From Atractiella rhizophila (lineage: Eukaryota): DNA of 58,570 nt. Where the stretch lies: contig MU271190.1 in assembly GCA_021432655.1 (NCBI GenBank), positions 139,866 through 198,435 on the forward strand, given 5' to 3'. A model generated the notes under the pieces. It had not been told where the DNA came from. It was given only the letters and a program-made list of their open reading frames with translations, and did no database searches. Below, piece after piece: positions 13,210-26,818 of this stretch. A program made the translations under genes and the position numbers. Every line of letters starts with the position of its first letter. Positions within the stretch are counted from its first letter, which is position 1.

Positions 13210-16200
13210 AGGAGCACGAGAGGGACCGACGTAGATGTCCACTTGTGGCCTGATCCATCACTGCCCACATTCCCGTCCTCTTTGTCCATCAGCCATCTCT
13301 TTTTTGACATCAATGTCACGAAGCAAGCATAGGGCGACGGTGATCTATGTAATGCGAGCCGGAGTGCAACGGAGGATAGGAGAATGAGGTGGGAGAGAGC
13401 AGGGGAGCGGGATGGAGCATGGGCGAGGAGGGATCGAACGGGACTGCGAACAGAAGTTGGAAAGAAAATGCGAGGTGTCGCTGTGACATCCCACATTGAT
13501 TATCGGCTTCGTGACACTTCTTCCTTCCCCTTTCGCTCTCCGACGTCCAACATTCAGCCCACATTCGACGTCCGTGCGCTCCACAGGCTTGGTGGAGGCG
13601 TGAGGGACGGTGGAGTGCGAGAGGAGGTGGATTGAGACTAGCAGAAAGGGGGGCGCAACGGATCTAGTGCGCGTGTTATTAAGGACACTTGTATCAGGGA
13701 GAGAGGAAGGGAGAAAGAAAATACACTCCGGCAGAGAGGAAAGCCCAACGAGGCGAGAATGCGAAAAGGCGGACAGGTTGGTGGAAATGAACGGTGAACA
13801 TAGGCGGAGAGGGATGCGAAGTGGAGTGAGAGGGTAAGTGAGGCAAAATGAGTTGGCGAATGTCAAAAAAGGAGCGGGAGAGACGCCGGGACGGTCACTC
13901 TCTCTTCCTTCTGTGATCGATCAGCAACCAAAGTTGTTCCCTCTGTCCAAGTTTTTCGCCATTTGACGTGTCTACCGTGCTCTGGGTTAGCCTTAGATCA
14001 CCATTATGCGGGGATTGGAGGGGTAATAGGCAATAGTGGAGGGCAAGAGAATGGGCGAGGCGGCGAACGAGGGCGGCACGAGCGGGCTGGGCGAACAGGT
14101 TGGCAGAGACTTCTTTTCTTACCTCCTTCCTGACTCCATCTGAACCACAGTCCACCTCCTTCGCCATCACGCGCCTTACTACGCTTCGCGGTTGAATTGC
14201 GATGTCTACGGTGAAGCAAGTTCCCTAGAGTCGAGAGAGGGCTGGAGCGGGCTTGGGGATGTCAGAGAGTGTGGAAATGAGAGGGCCACTGTGGGTGAGA
14301 GAAAGCATACCATGCTTCTCCGATGTCCAGGCTCAGTCCCCGACCCGCTCTGTCACCTCCATCCTGTACTTTCGCAATCCCACCTCCAACTCAGCCTTGG
14401 CCTTCATCTCGGAGGACAGAAACGTTGCTGGAGGAGCGAGGGATAATGGATGTCGGCGGAGGAGCGGGGTTGTGGGAGAGAGGGATGATGAAGCGAGAGA
14501 GGCGAGAGGGGCAAGGATTATGGGAAAGCAGGTCGGATGGAGGTATTGAGACTGGTGCAGGGCAGCGCTTACTGCTTCCCTCTAGCTGCCCTCTCGCTTC
14601 GTAGCCCGGCAGTGAAGGTAAGTCCGGACGCTGGGAGGTCGAGCAGTGTTGAGGCGGGACGGGGTTGCAGGGGGGAGAGGACGATGGTGGACACGGTGAC
14701 GGGGGGAGGAACGTAATACCTATGTCAGGAAACGCAATGCAAGGAGACGAGACTGTTACCTCTTCTCTCGTACCACTCTGCCCCTCCATCTCTGTCACGC
14801 GTCGCCTTCCATTAAGCACCATTCTGTTGGCAGTGCATCTTATTCCCTCCCTTCTGTACTTGTCTATTCATCACTTGCGCGCACCCCGCTACCGTCTCTC
14901 CTCCCTGCGCCTCCCTACCCTATAACGCCTGCTCTGTCACCAGCTGTCGAAGTATTTCGGTTCGTACCGACTCCATCACCCGTAGCCTAGGAAGAGTCCT
15001 GGGAAGAGTCCATCAGCAAAAGAGGGCGGTGGGGGATAGCTGCGATGAAAGAGTACTGCGGAAGAAAGAGAAGCTGGAGGGCATGACGAAGGAGGCTGGG
15101 ACAGGAGCGGGACATCAGCACTATCCACAGTGAAGGAGACCAGCAGACGCAAGCGAGGTGAGGCATGGGGCTGATGAAAGAAACGGCTAGCTCAGAGCGA
15201 GAAAGGGGAAGGGCGGCGGACTCGGAGATCGAGAGACGATGGAGGACGTTCGGAGACGGTGTACTCGTGACTGCTTGCGGAGGTGGAGGAGATGAAAGGA
15301 CGAGTGGTGCTGGTGCTCAGTTTGGGAGGACTAACAGAAAACTCATTCGCTTCGCTTTCACGCGTCAAATTCGGCGTTCCCAACGCGCAAGATCTTACGA
15401 GACACCAGTCTGTCTTCCTTTCTTTCCTATGTACAACTTGCAACCAATCAAAAAATGGATGCAGGATCCATGCAAGAACATCGGTGGTTCCCACGACCGC
15501 TATTGGCAACCATTATGCACCATTCTGTTAGCAATGCATCTTATTCCCTCCCTTGTATTCCTTTCCTTCCTGCGTCCCCTTGCGGCTAATGAAAGGGTGG
15601 ATGCAGCATCCACGCAAAGGCGTCTGTGATTCCGACGTCCGCGAATGTGAAGATCGTGGATTTCAGCGTCAAAGCAGCTGTGGTCTAGGGTCACAAAACT
15701 GCCGACGTAGTCATTGCTAGTATCACCTCTCCCCTGTCGTCTCTCATCCACTTGCGAAATGAACATGGTTTTGCCCCAAAGTCACACACCTCAAGAAGGG
15801 AGATCGCGTCGCACTTGAGCCCATAGAGAGACTTTTAGTGGTGATGCGACTGCAAGAGGGGAACTTATGAACTATGCGCTACCATAGAGTCTGCAGCCAC
15901 TCCTCCTTTCGTCTGTCATTCCTCTTCCTTATGTCCCCTCTGTGGTACATGTTCCGGTGCTAACTGCATTGAACGGCAGGACGGAACTCTCCAAGGGTTC
16001 TACGAGCTCCGAGGCCACTGTACGGCATCTTCCTCTCGTCTACTCCTCTCCCCAATCGCGACTTATCACGTCTGTACTAGAAGTGCCTGCAAACTTCAGG
16101 ATGCGCGTTCGATTCCCTGCGCTCCATGGATTATGTTTTGATCGAAACCCACTGGAACGAACATTTTTCTGGAAGCGTCGATGGTCGCATCACTCTCTGT

Positions 16201-17726
16201 GGCCGTTCAAAGCTTGGCACGTATCAGTGGATAAAAGCTGGCTTGAACGTCGCCACCTGAGGGTTCGTCTCCCTCCCCTTACTCCTCCTCTATCTGTTGA
16301 ACAAACAATAATAACGTTGTTGTGAAGAGCCGGTCCCGTAGGACTCCTTGCACAGGCAGTCGGGAAGGCGTTGGCGCGCTAGAAGGATAATCGCCGTCGA
16401 CATTCATGAGCGGCAGGCTGGCTTCGCAAACATGTATGTGGGATCGGAGACTTTCACGCCTCCCAAACGAGCGTCCACCTCTGACGTCTCTTCTACAGAC
16501 TTGTCTCATGCATCTCTTTCTGTCTGCGCGTCGTGCCCGTCACTGCCATCTGCACGAAGGAGGTGACCATCAACAGGTCTTTCCAGTCCATCCTCCCTCC
16601 TACCGCTTGCACCATAACTTTGTTCTGACATTTCTTAGATATTGATTTGCTCGATGGATACGAACAGGATGCCATGGGCAAACAAATTCATTGGTTCGCT
16701 AAGGGCCACGTACACTGCTGAGCCGCTCATCACACATCGCTTCATGTTCAGGCGCCTTTAAGACAATACAGGCTCGCCTCCTCTCTTCCCTTCGCCTTCA
16801 TGTCACAAAGTTGAAACCTGGCCATGATGCTTCGCTGTAGGACGGGATGGGGAGGACGAGATTGAACTCGTCATCGACGGATACGTTAACGAATGAACCT
16901 TGCAGCTCCGTGCATGCAACTCTCGGACTTAAGAAGGAAATGAAGGATCAAAAAGATGGAATTTAAACTACCAGAAAGGGTTCATGGAATGGTACCATGG
17001 TTATACCACACCTTCGATCTTCGACGACAGCTCCTTCTGTTCTCCTAAGTAGCTCATCTTTGAATGCACGAGTCGTACTCAAATGTAAGAACAACGCAAG
17101 CCTGACTCAAACTGTGAATCAGTTTCTTTACAAGGCAATTTTTGGGCGGAACTTGTTATCTTCGGCACTTTTACAGGGAATCAGAAGAATTGTTTGCATG
17201 GAGAAGACATCCCGATTACACACAGAGGGTGTCCTCCTCACAAACCCGATTTCTCAAGCCCTGAAACTTCTTCAAGCCATGAAACAATCATCAACAGCAA
17301 TTCTACTTCTTCACATCTATCGTCGTCATTGCCCGTATGTCTCATTTCCTGATCCCCAAGAACCGGCACATAAACACTGGGAAACTAACTCACTCATGCG
17401 GTATGAAATAGTCATGACCTTTACCGCATTGTGTTAATACGGCGCATGGAAAGTCCTGGCGCAGATGGAGTTCTAAGATTGCTCATAACCATAGAGCACG
17501 AGGCGTCGAGTACGAGGGAGGTGACCTTTGTGAGGTGCGGTATGTTGCATAGAGGGGAGAGGGATGGACGGATGACATCGTCCAGATCGAATTCCAGTCC
17601 CTGTCCCTAGTCACCCATTTTCAATTTTCAATGCCGTGTTAGTGTTAGATGTAGAGGGGTACAAACTGTGCAGCTTCCTATCGTGTCTTCTCTAGAACGC
17701 GAGTCAAAAGCCTGAGAATCTCAGTG

Positions 17727-19551
17727 TCACTCTCCACCTTCCCGAACCCATCTAAAGTCGTCATCCTCGCTCACCCCACACTCAATCAACATGCTCCTAG
17801 CTTTACATATCTCATCCTCAAGCCACCCTCCAAAGAATAGCTGAACCCTCAACCAGCGTCCTCTCGTCGTCTTCACCTTTTCAGCTCCATCTGCCGTATC
17901 CCCCTCCTCCTTCACCCCCCTGTCCCCAAAGAACCAGCAGATGAAATCTGAGAATACGAACGGAGTGAATTCCCAGTCCACCACACAGTACCGAACATCT
18001 ATGGTTTCTATCGCTTTTGCATTTCTGAGGGTGTGGAGGAACTGTGGGGAAACGAGGTTGGAAGTTTCCTCACCACCGTCGAGGTAGACTCGGGTGAGAT
18101 GTTTGAGGTGTGATAGGTCGAGCGGAGTGGGTAGGATGGAGGTCTTTCCATCGGGCGAGTAGGGGGCGAGCGTGATCTTGAGATAATCTAGAAGAGGCGG
18201 TAGACAGGAGCCTGAGACAGAGGAAGGGAGGGGACACAGCTTGAAGAGATGCAAATACGTGAGGGAGAGTGGGAGGGAGAGGGATGGGAGTGGTGGGTAT
18301 GTGCGAAGCTCTAGTTCTTTGAGGTCAGTGGATAGTTTAAGCCCTGGTGATGGCGACGAGGCAGAGTCCTCGATGTCGAAAGCACGGAAGGTTTTGATCC
18401 TGTCACCCGTCCTCCGCATAAAATTCTCGACCTCGGCCTTCTTCCACTTTCTCGAACCTTCTCCTCCAAAGCGTACATCTTTTAACCTTGTCAAGCCTTC
18501 AATCGCATGCAACACAATCTTCGCCTCCTCTTCATTCCAATTCCAAATTGCGTCCAAGTTCACCTTCGTAACATTTGGCGCACCGGCAATGACGTCTTTC
18601 GCCATCTCAACGCTGATGTCATCGTGAAACGAGAGGTGTTTCCACAAATGCCCGGCATTAGGATAAGCTGTCAAACGAGCATGCTTCTCCTTCACAGAAA
18701 CAGGTTCATTCAGATAAGGGACTGAAACAGCCTTCCAAAGCTGACAGACAGCAGAAGGTCGCTTGGAGGAAACGAGATATCCAGTACCTTTTATGAGCCA
18801 TTCAAATTCGTCGAATGAAAGAAACTCGAAGATGAGTGAGAGGATCTCTGTAGGAAGGTGTGTGATACTGCATAAACTAGTACCTGTAGGTCGAGTTGTG
18901 GAGAGGGAGAGTTGGATGGTTGTCCCCGGACCGGTGGATGGGATGGTTGATTCCTCCCATTCGCTGAGAGGAATGAAACGCTGTTGCTCCTTAGAGTATA
19001 GGGCGACGGGTTCAAAGAGGCCCTGAGAGCGATTATCTGCAAGATGAAACGTGCATGCGAAGGGCTGCATGTCAAGGTCGTCCATATCCACGGATGCAAG
19101 ATATTTGGTATCCCCAAAAGTCACCGCAATACATTCCTCCTCCAACGCGACGCAAAGAATCACTGTACCGTCGGGTTCGACTTCATTTTCAAGACTTGCC
19201 AGGGAGAAGTAGGAAGATTTCGACGGCCCATACTTGTGCTTCCAGAATCGAATAGGTAAGACAAATGTGATCCGGAGAATGTGAATTGATGAAGGTAGGC
19301 GAGAAAGGAAAGAGGGGAGAATGGAGAGGTGGATCGGAGTGCCATGTAGTAGTAATGTTACTGGAGTGATGAGATGGACCAGTGCCATCGACTCTGTTCC
19401 CTGATCATCCTCCCATGAAATCAATGTTTCCTTCTCAATTCTTCGCAGAGAAGATACGCTAGACTAAAGCACACGAATTCATGTTAAACGAGGCAAGGGC
19501 AGGGGAAAGATCATATCATGCCTGCAGCACATCAGCGCGTTGTCCAGCCAT
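17727..19551 (-). CDS. F-box-like / LRR-like protein, copy 3 (~588 aa; exons 19551-19522 and 19463-17727)
   Basis: 565-aa open frame with F-box-like LPTEILSLIFEFLS...SAVCQLWKAVS and an LRR-like C-terminus. 58-nt GC-AG intron at 19521-19464. Confidence 0.87.
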
Positions 19552-19691
19552 CTCGACGTTCTCGGGGCAATGATCAGACAGCACAATCGTGAGGATGGAG
19601 ATCCCGAAACTGTTCGTGGGAGTCGATGGATAGGCGATCGTTGCAACTAGGACGGATTAGGATGGTGTTGGTGGAAGTGGGCGTCCGGACG

Positions 19692-19797
19692 TTGAAGGCT
19701 TTAGTTCTCTAGCACTTGACTACCAGATAGTGCTACAGGAAGTCCTAAAATATGTAAAAGAATCCTTTGCAATACTAGGACCTAAATTACACTGCAA
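19692..19797. promoter_or_regulatory. Conserved non-coding block upstream of copy 3
   Basis: Matches 5348-5459 and 12628-12738 with a few substitutions and a short deletion. Confidence 0.45.
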
Positions 19798-22700
19798 ATC
19801 AAACGAGAGCTAGTGGAGAACGCTCTGATGTTGATGCTTTGTTCCGTAATGATTGATTGTGAGAGGAAAGACTAGATGTGGCTGGGACAGTTAGGGAGGC
19901 AGTTACCTATCTGGATGACAGAGGAGGCCGAGGAACTACTTACGAGAACATAGACGACACTTGAGTCACTAGCGGGAGACAAGAGGGATGGAGGACGGAG
20001 GCTCAGGAACACGAGAAGGACCAACCTAGATGTCCACTTGTGGTCCTTGATGCCACACTGCACACTTTGCCCTCCTCTTTCTCCATCAGCCATTTCATTG
20101 TTCCCCTCAATGTCATGAAGCAAGCGTCGGTGGAAAAGAGCCATAAAGTGCAAGCCGGAGTGCGATTGAAGGTGGGGTGCGAGAGAGAATAGGATGGCGG
20201 CATGGGAACACGATAAGGCATAGGATGAAGACGGATGGCGAGGAGTGCGAACGGAGGTGCGACACAAAGTGTGACGCAGACCTCCGATATCCCATCTTCA
20301 CTATGGATCCGTTATCACTTCTTCTTTCCCTTTCGCTTTCGAACGTTCAACCTCCAGCCCGCGTCAACTTCCGAGCCACGGGCTTGGTAGAGGCGTGAGG
20401 GCCGGTGGAGTGCGATAGGAGGTGGAGTGGGACTGCTTGGAAAGGGGAGCGGCGGAGGAGGGGACCTAGTGTGCATGGCAGTTAGGACACTTGGAGCGGG
20501 GAGAGAGGAAGGGAGAAACGAAATACACTGCCAGCAGAAAGAAAAGCCTAACAGGCCAGAATGCGAAAGAAGCGGGGGGCTGGTGGAAGGCGAAATGAAG
20601 GGTGAACGTTAGCGGAGAGGGATGAGAGGTGGGGCGAGAGGGTATCTGAGGCGAAAGGACATGACGGAGAGTGGGAGAGACGCCGGGACGATCCTTCTCA
20701 CGTCTTTCTTCCATCACCCACCACGTTCCCTCTATTATCCTCTGTGTACCCATTAGCCTTTTAATGTGTCCCCTGTGCTCTGTATTGATATTAAATGACC
20801 AGTATGCGAGGTAAAGGCTTCAGTGGAGAGGGGGTGACTTGTCTAAGCAAACAAGCCTCGATGGCGAAAGTTGGCGGCGTGAGTTGGGGATTGGCGGTGT
20901 CGTAGTCTTCCATCAAATGCCCTACGCTTCGCGGTTGGTTTCTGATGTCTAGTGCGAAGCAAGGCGAAGGACGCGGGCATGAGGGATGGTGTTGGAGAGC
21001 GAGGTGAAACGGGAGGGCAACAATGGGTGAGAGAAAGCATACCATGCTTCTCCGTCGTCCATAGCAATGCCCGACCTGCTCTGCCACCTCCGCCCTCTAC
21101 TTTCGCAATCCGACATCAACCTCGCAGTCGCCCTTCATTTTGGAGTGCACAGAAGTTGTCAGAGGAGACGTATGACGACAGTAGCATGGAGGTGAGGAGA
21201 GGGATGGTGGAGCGAGAGAAGCAGGGCAAGGGTTACGGGAAAGCAGGATTGGACGGAAGTATCGAGACTGGTGTAAGACGGCGCTCACGTCTCCTTTTGC
21301 CTCCCACGCTTCTTTCGCACTGCTCTCTCGCTTCGAAGCCCCAGCAGGGAAGCTAAGTGGGGAAAGAGGGAGGGTCACGTCGTGCTCAGGCGGGACGGGG
21401 CAGCAGAAGGGAGCAGGGTGAGGACCGTCCTTGGAGGGGGCGAGGAACCTGTTCCCGTTGTCATTAAGCACAAATGCAAAAGAGGGAGATGGGGAGGGAA
21501 AATCACCTCTTCTCTCGCACCTCTCGTTGCTATAAAAGTCTTAGCCCTCCGTTGACCATAGTAGGATCCATACCTGGCCTCTCTTTCGCCTTCCTGCTCG
21601 TTCTTGCCCTCCACGGCACATAGCGTGCCTCCTTTCTCGTGCTATGCCGGCCTCATGCACACTTTCACTAGACAGCAGATCAGCAGTGCTGGCACCTTCC
21701 TTTTCAGTCGGTGTTGTCTGTCCTGGGCTCGTGCTTCGCTCTCCCTTTCCATCTCTGTCCTTCACCTACCATTACGTACCAAGCTGTTCACAATGCATAT
21801 CACTCCCCCTTCCTTCTTCCTACTTAGTCTACTTGTCCATTCATCACTTGCTCACACCAGCGCTACCGACTACATTGACCTTCACGTGTGGGAAGGGTAC
21901 ATGAGCGAAAGAGACGGTGGAGGATAGCTGAGGTGAAAAGGAATGTGGAGGAGAGCGAGCTGGAGGGCTGACGAAGGGGCTGAATCAGGAGAGGGAGACT
22001 CGAACTAGCCAGAGTGAAGGAGACTAGGGACGGATGAGAGGACGCGAGATTGAGAGAGGTGAGGCCTGTGAGAAGATGGGCGGGAACGAGGCGGAGATAC
22101 CATAGCTGGTGATAGAACACGTGAAGCCCAGTGGGTGGACTGGAGACTGCACGCGGAAGTCGGAGGAGATGACACAAAAGGGGAAGTCCACTCCATCCTG
22201 GCGATCGTAGAAAATCATTCAACTACTGGAGACTTCATGCAACGATCTACCCGAACAAAGGCGTCGCGATTTACGCCTCCCCGCCGTGTTCCCCATTTCC
22301 CTGTGGCGGTTGATATTCTTCAATAGACTAGACTAAGGAATGGAGTTGACAGGAATGACACTGAGAACAGGCTCATCAATAGCACCAACGTGTGTGTTCT
22401 CCTTCAGTTCGTTAAGTACAGGGAGGAAGTGTTGGTTATGCTATGATATGTTGAGAAATGTTGCTGAGAACCTCTCATAGAAGAATTGCTGCCAGAGATT
22501 TTATGCACCGACTTGTAGATCTGATGGTTGTTCTCCAGCTACAAACATAGCTTGTCATCCATGTCCCCCCGAACGAGAGGACCTCCTGTAGCTCCCGTTC
22601 ATCGTGGAAACACACCGCTGTCTGTAATTCGAGTGTAGCTATACTATGATGCCTTCGAGCTGTCCACGTCCTTTTACACACATAGAACGTTGGCTGAAGG

Positions 22701-25700
22701 AGATTCCGATGCAGTTATCCAAACTGCCCATTGTTACAACGTTAGGGGGTGGGGGTTGAAGATTCTCTGCAAGTTCATAATCACGTTGACGGGAAAGCAT
22801 CAAATCATCATTCCCAGTTAGCAATGGCGATGTCATTCCTTCAGTATAGACGCCCGGCAAATGCACAAATGAAAGATATGAGTCTAGTAGAGGCTCCTAA
22901 GACTGCTCTTCCCATTTCCACATTCGACATCTTCCTCAGCCGTATCGAGCGTTTGCAGATTTCGAGATGGGTGATTGCCTCTCACACATCTCGCTTTCAC
23001 AACAGTTCAACGATGAGAAGGAGGATAGGCATTCGGATTGTGAATTCGAAGCTGAAGCCAGAGGACGTGGTGCGAATATGTGCCAACCTGTTGGAACCGC
23101 AGGAAGTGGGAACGGAGAAGGCGGGGCGAGGGATTATCATTGCTAATATTGTCAGTGATGAGGAGCAAGAGTCTGCTTACCTGGACGGACATCTTGAGTA
23201 CGTTTCTCTTTCGTTTGTCTGTGGCTAACACTGATGGAGACAAAGATACATGATATTTGAGCCTCAAGAAATCCATAAGGACGAGGAAGAAACACGGGGA
23301 AGGTCCTGAAGAGTTCACCATCACTGCTACGGCGTTGGTGCATCAATGGGCCAGCCCCCCGAGAACTTCGAATATCGGAGCAAGGTGAGTAACTTCCATT
23401 AGTCCCAGCCTCTGCTAGAAGACGACAGGTGGTACGATCTCGCCTCTCCCAGAACCAGCAAGAAGCATACTACTGCTCCTTCAACACCTGGGACAACAGC
23501 AACCTCCTCTGATGCCATTCCTCCTCCGCCTTCAAACCTTCTGTCGTCCCTCCAGCTGCAACCCAGTGAGCATCGACTCTCCTAGCCGATGCGTTGACCT
23601 CAGCACCATCTGCTGTGTCTGCACCCGCACCAGCTGGCCCAGATCTCACCGCTCCAGTGATTTCAACTGGTCCGTCTGGTTCGACCTCTTCAACGCCTCA
23701 GTACCACACGTACAGGAGAGAACAAATACGGCAGTGAAGAAACACCTATGCCTACACTTACTCCTCGTTGCAGCCGCTTGCCCTTACCACAGCCCAAATC
23801 AACAAGTACAACTCCAGAAACCATGGCCATTGTTCGGCGAAAGAATGAAGGTGGGTTTGGTTTCAGATGTTAAGACGGAGGAGGGACTAGCACCGAAGAG
23901 TAAGGAGGAAGCGAAGGAGGCAACTGTGAGGAAGGATTGGATTGTGAATGCAAATGCGGTCAATTCACACCGGAAAATCTCGACAGCATCTTCTCCCTTC
24001 TCCTCCCCCTCCCTTCTGACCCCACTGTCCCCGACTGCTGCTCGTTGGAAGATCTTTTCTTTCGGACACTTGCATCCACGCACCAATCTCATGCCGAACT
24101 AAACCACGTCTGAGAAGGAGGTGACAGCAAAGGCGTGAATGGAGGCCAGCTGGATCGCATACTTCAGTTCCTTCCAAACGTGCGTCCCACTGTAACCTTG
24201 CTGATCTGCATTTTGTCTTATTTTTGCTCATGGTGTGTTTTGTTTGTGTTTAGCAAAGGTGTGATTGTGCTTTCAAGGAGGATAGGGGATAGGGGGGTTC
24301 TGAAGGAGAAGCTCAAGGTTGCAGATGGGGATTGGAGGTATTCACCTGGCTGTATATTGCGCGGGGGCTGAGGTCCGTTTCTCCATCCTTCTTCCTTTGC
24401 TGCGCTTTTAGGTATTGGTGTACTAATACTGATGCAAGAATGAGAACAGGTGTGCATCCTGACCGTTCTCCACCTTGTGAAGGGCAACAGAATGTACGGG
24501 TGAGGATGGGCAATGATTTCCACCAAGAGCTCATCGCCGCCATCGTCAAGGCAGAAGTGACTATCAATGGTTCCTTCCAGTCCATCCTCCCTCGTACTTC
24601 CTGCACATAACCAGTTAGCGAGCACGCATCGCTAGGGACCATGTAGGCTTGAAGCCGTCCACTACTCATTGCTACAAGTCAAAGTTGCAATTCGTGAATT
24701 AAGACCGCTCAGGTTCGTCTCTCCTTGTTCCTGTGATTGTTCTAAAGTTGACACTGGGTTATGTAAATGGAGAGAGATGAGATGATTTCACGGGGACCCA
24801 TCGCCCTCGAGTGCGGAGAGTCATGTAGGACGTGCTACAACTCCAATGCGGGAAGGTACGAGTTCTGTCCCTTCATTGAATTCCCCGCTGCCTTTTCTTC
24901 CGTGAGCTTGCCTCTTCCTTCTCTCTCCTTTTCGTGGTACACAACTTTGTGCTGACTCGATTGGTTGGCAGGGCGGAAGCTGCGAGGCTACAGACTACGG
25001 CGAGACCTGTACATTATTTTCCATACCCCTCCGCTCTCCAAACGCTGCCTTATCGTGTCCGTGATCACAAAACCTCCAGATTTCCCAATGCGTTCCAAGC
25101 CCTCTACTCTCGTCGAATATGTCTCATAACAGACTGCTGGTCTGATGACAGAATGTCTCCCTAGAAGAAGGGTTCGATGATTGAACCGCTCTCTGTGGCC
25201 GTTCAAAGCCTAGCACGTATCAGAGAATGAAAGCGGAGTTGAAGTTTGAATGTTACCTTGGTCCGGTTCGTCTCCCTTTGTCCTCTTCCTCCTGTACCCT
25301 TCGAATGAAAACTAATAACGCGTCGACTTGTGTTGTGAACAGCCGATCCAAGAGTGCTACTCGCACAGGCAGTCGCGAAGCTATTAGTTACTAGAAGGAT
25401 AAAGCTGTCGATATTCGTGAGCGTAGGCTAGCTTTCGCGAACAAGTGCGTGGAGTCGGAGACTTTCGTTCCTCCAAACGTGTGTCGACATCTAGCCTCTC
25501 TCATGCATGTTTTGTCTTACGTTTCAGTTCCTTTACGAGTACAGGCGTGCATTCAGACTGTCTAACTTGTCAAGGACGGCGGAAAGTAAGTCTAAGTGAG
25601 AATGGGCACCGAGTTCGTTCTAGGTGCTGCCATCCTCACGAATGAGGTGCCCGTCAAAGGTTTTTCTGGTCCGTCCTCCCTCCTATGTTTTGTATTGTAA

Positions 25701-26818
25701 CTTTGTTCTGACGCTTCGTTTATTTGCTCGATGAATATAGACCGGGTGTTATGAAAAGACTGATTTGGTTGCTAGCGGCGTCTTAGACTGGCTGAGCCGC
25801 TCTTCACATTGCTTCAAGTTTAGAGATGCAATTCGCGCCTTTAAGACAATACAGGCTCGCCTCCTCGCTTCTTTTCGCCTGATCTGACAAAGCTGAAATC
25901 TGACGATGATGCTTTGCTCTAAGACGGGGAGGACGAGATCGAAAGCATCATCGACGGATACGTCAACGATTGAATGTTGTAGCGGCATGAATGCAACTCT
26001 CTGGGCTATTAAGGAAATGAAGGAACAAAAAGATGGGATCTCTGCTACCACAAGGGGTTCAAGGGATGGTACCATTGTTGTGCCACATCTTCAATCTTCG
26101 ACGGCAGCCCCACTCTTCTCTTAAATAGTCCGTTGTTGAAATGCATGAGTCGTCGTCAACCGTAAAACCAACTGAAGCAAGATTCAAGGCGTGAATCGAC
26201 TTCTTTACATTGTGGCACTGTTTGGACAGAACTTGTTGTCTTCGGCGCTTTTACAGTGAATCAGAACATTGTTTGCATGAGAGAAGACATTCGTAATACA
26301 GAGAGCCTCCTCCTCACAAACTCAGCCTCTCAAGTCCTGACAGTTCCTCGAGGAATGAAAACGGCAATTTTACTCCTTCCCATCGTCATTTCCCGTATTC
26401 CTCGTTTCCTGATACCCCAAGAACCAGCAGACAAACTCTAGGAAACTGACTCACTCCACGCAGTACGAAATAGCTATGTCTTTTAGTGCGCAGGGAAGGA
26501 CTTGGTGTGGATGGGTAGTAAGATTGCTCGTAACCATTGAGCACGAGGTGTTGTGTAAGAGGGCGGTGACTTTTGTTTGAAGCGGTCCTTTGAATGGGAG
26601 GATGGTTGGATGGCATTATCCCGAACGATTCCAACCCTGTCCCTAGTCGCCATTTTCAATACCGTGTTATATGGAGAGGGATACGGACCGCACAAGTTCC
26701 TCTCATATCTTCTCTAGAATGTAAGTGGAATTTGAGTGTCTCCCGTATCACCCCCACTAACCCCACTAGTCCTCCCCAACCAGGCGGTATGCAATCTCCT
26801 CGCTCACCCCACACTCTA

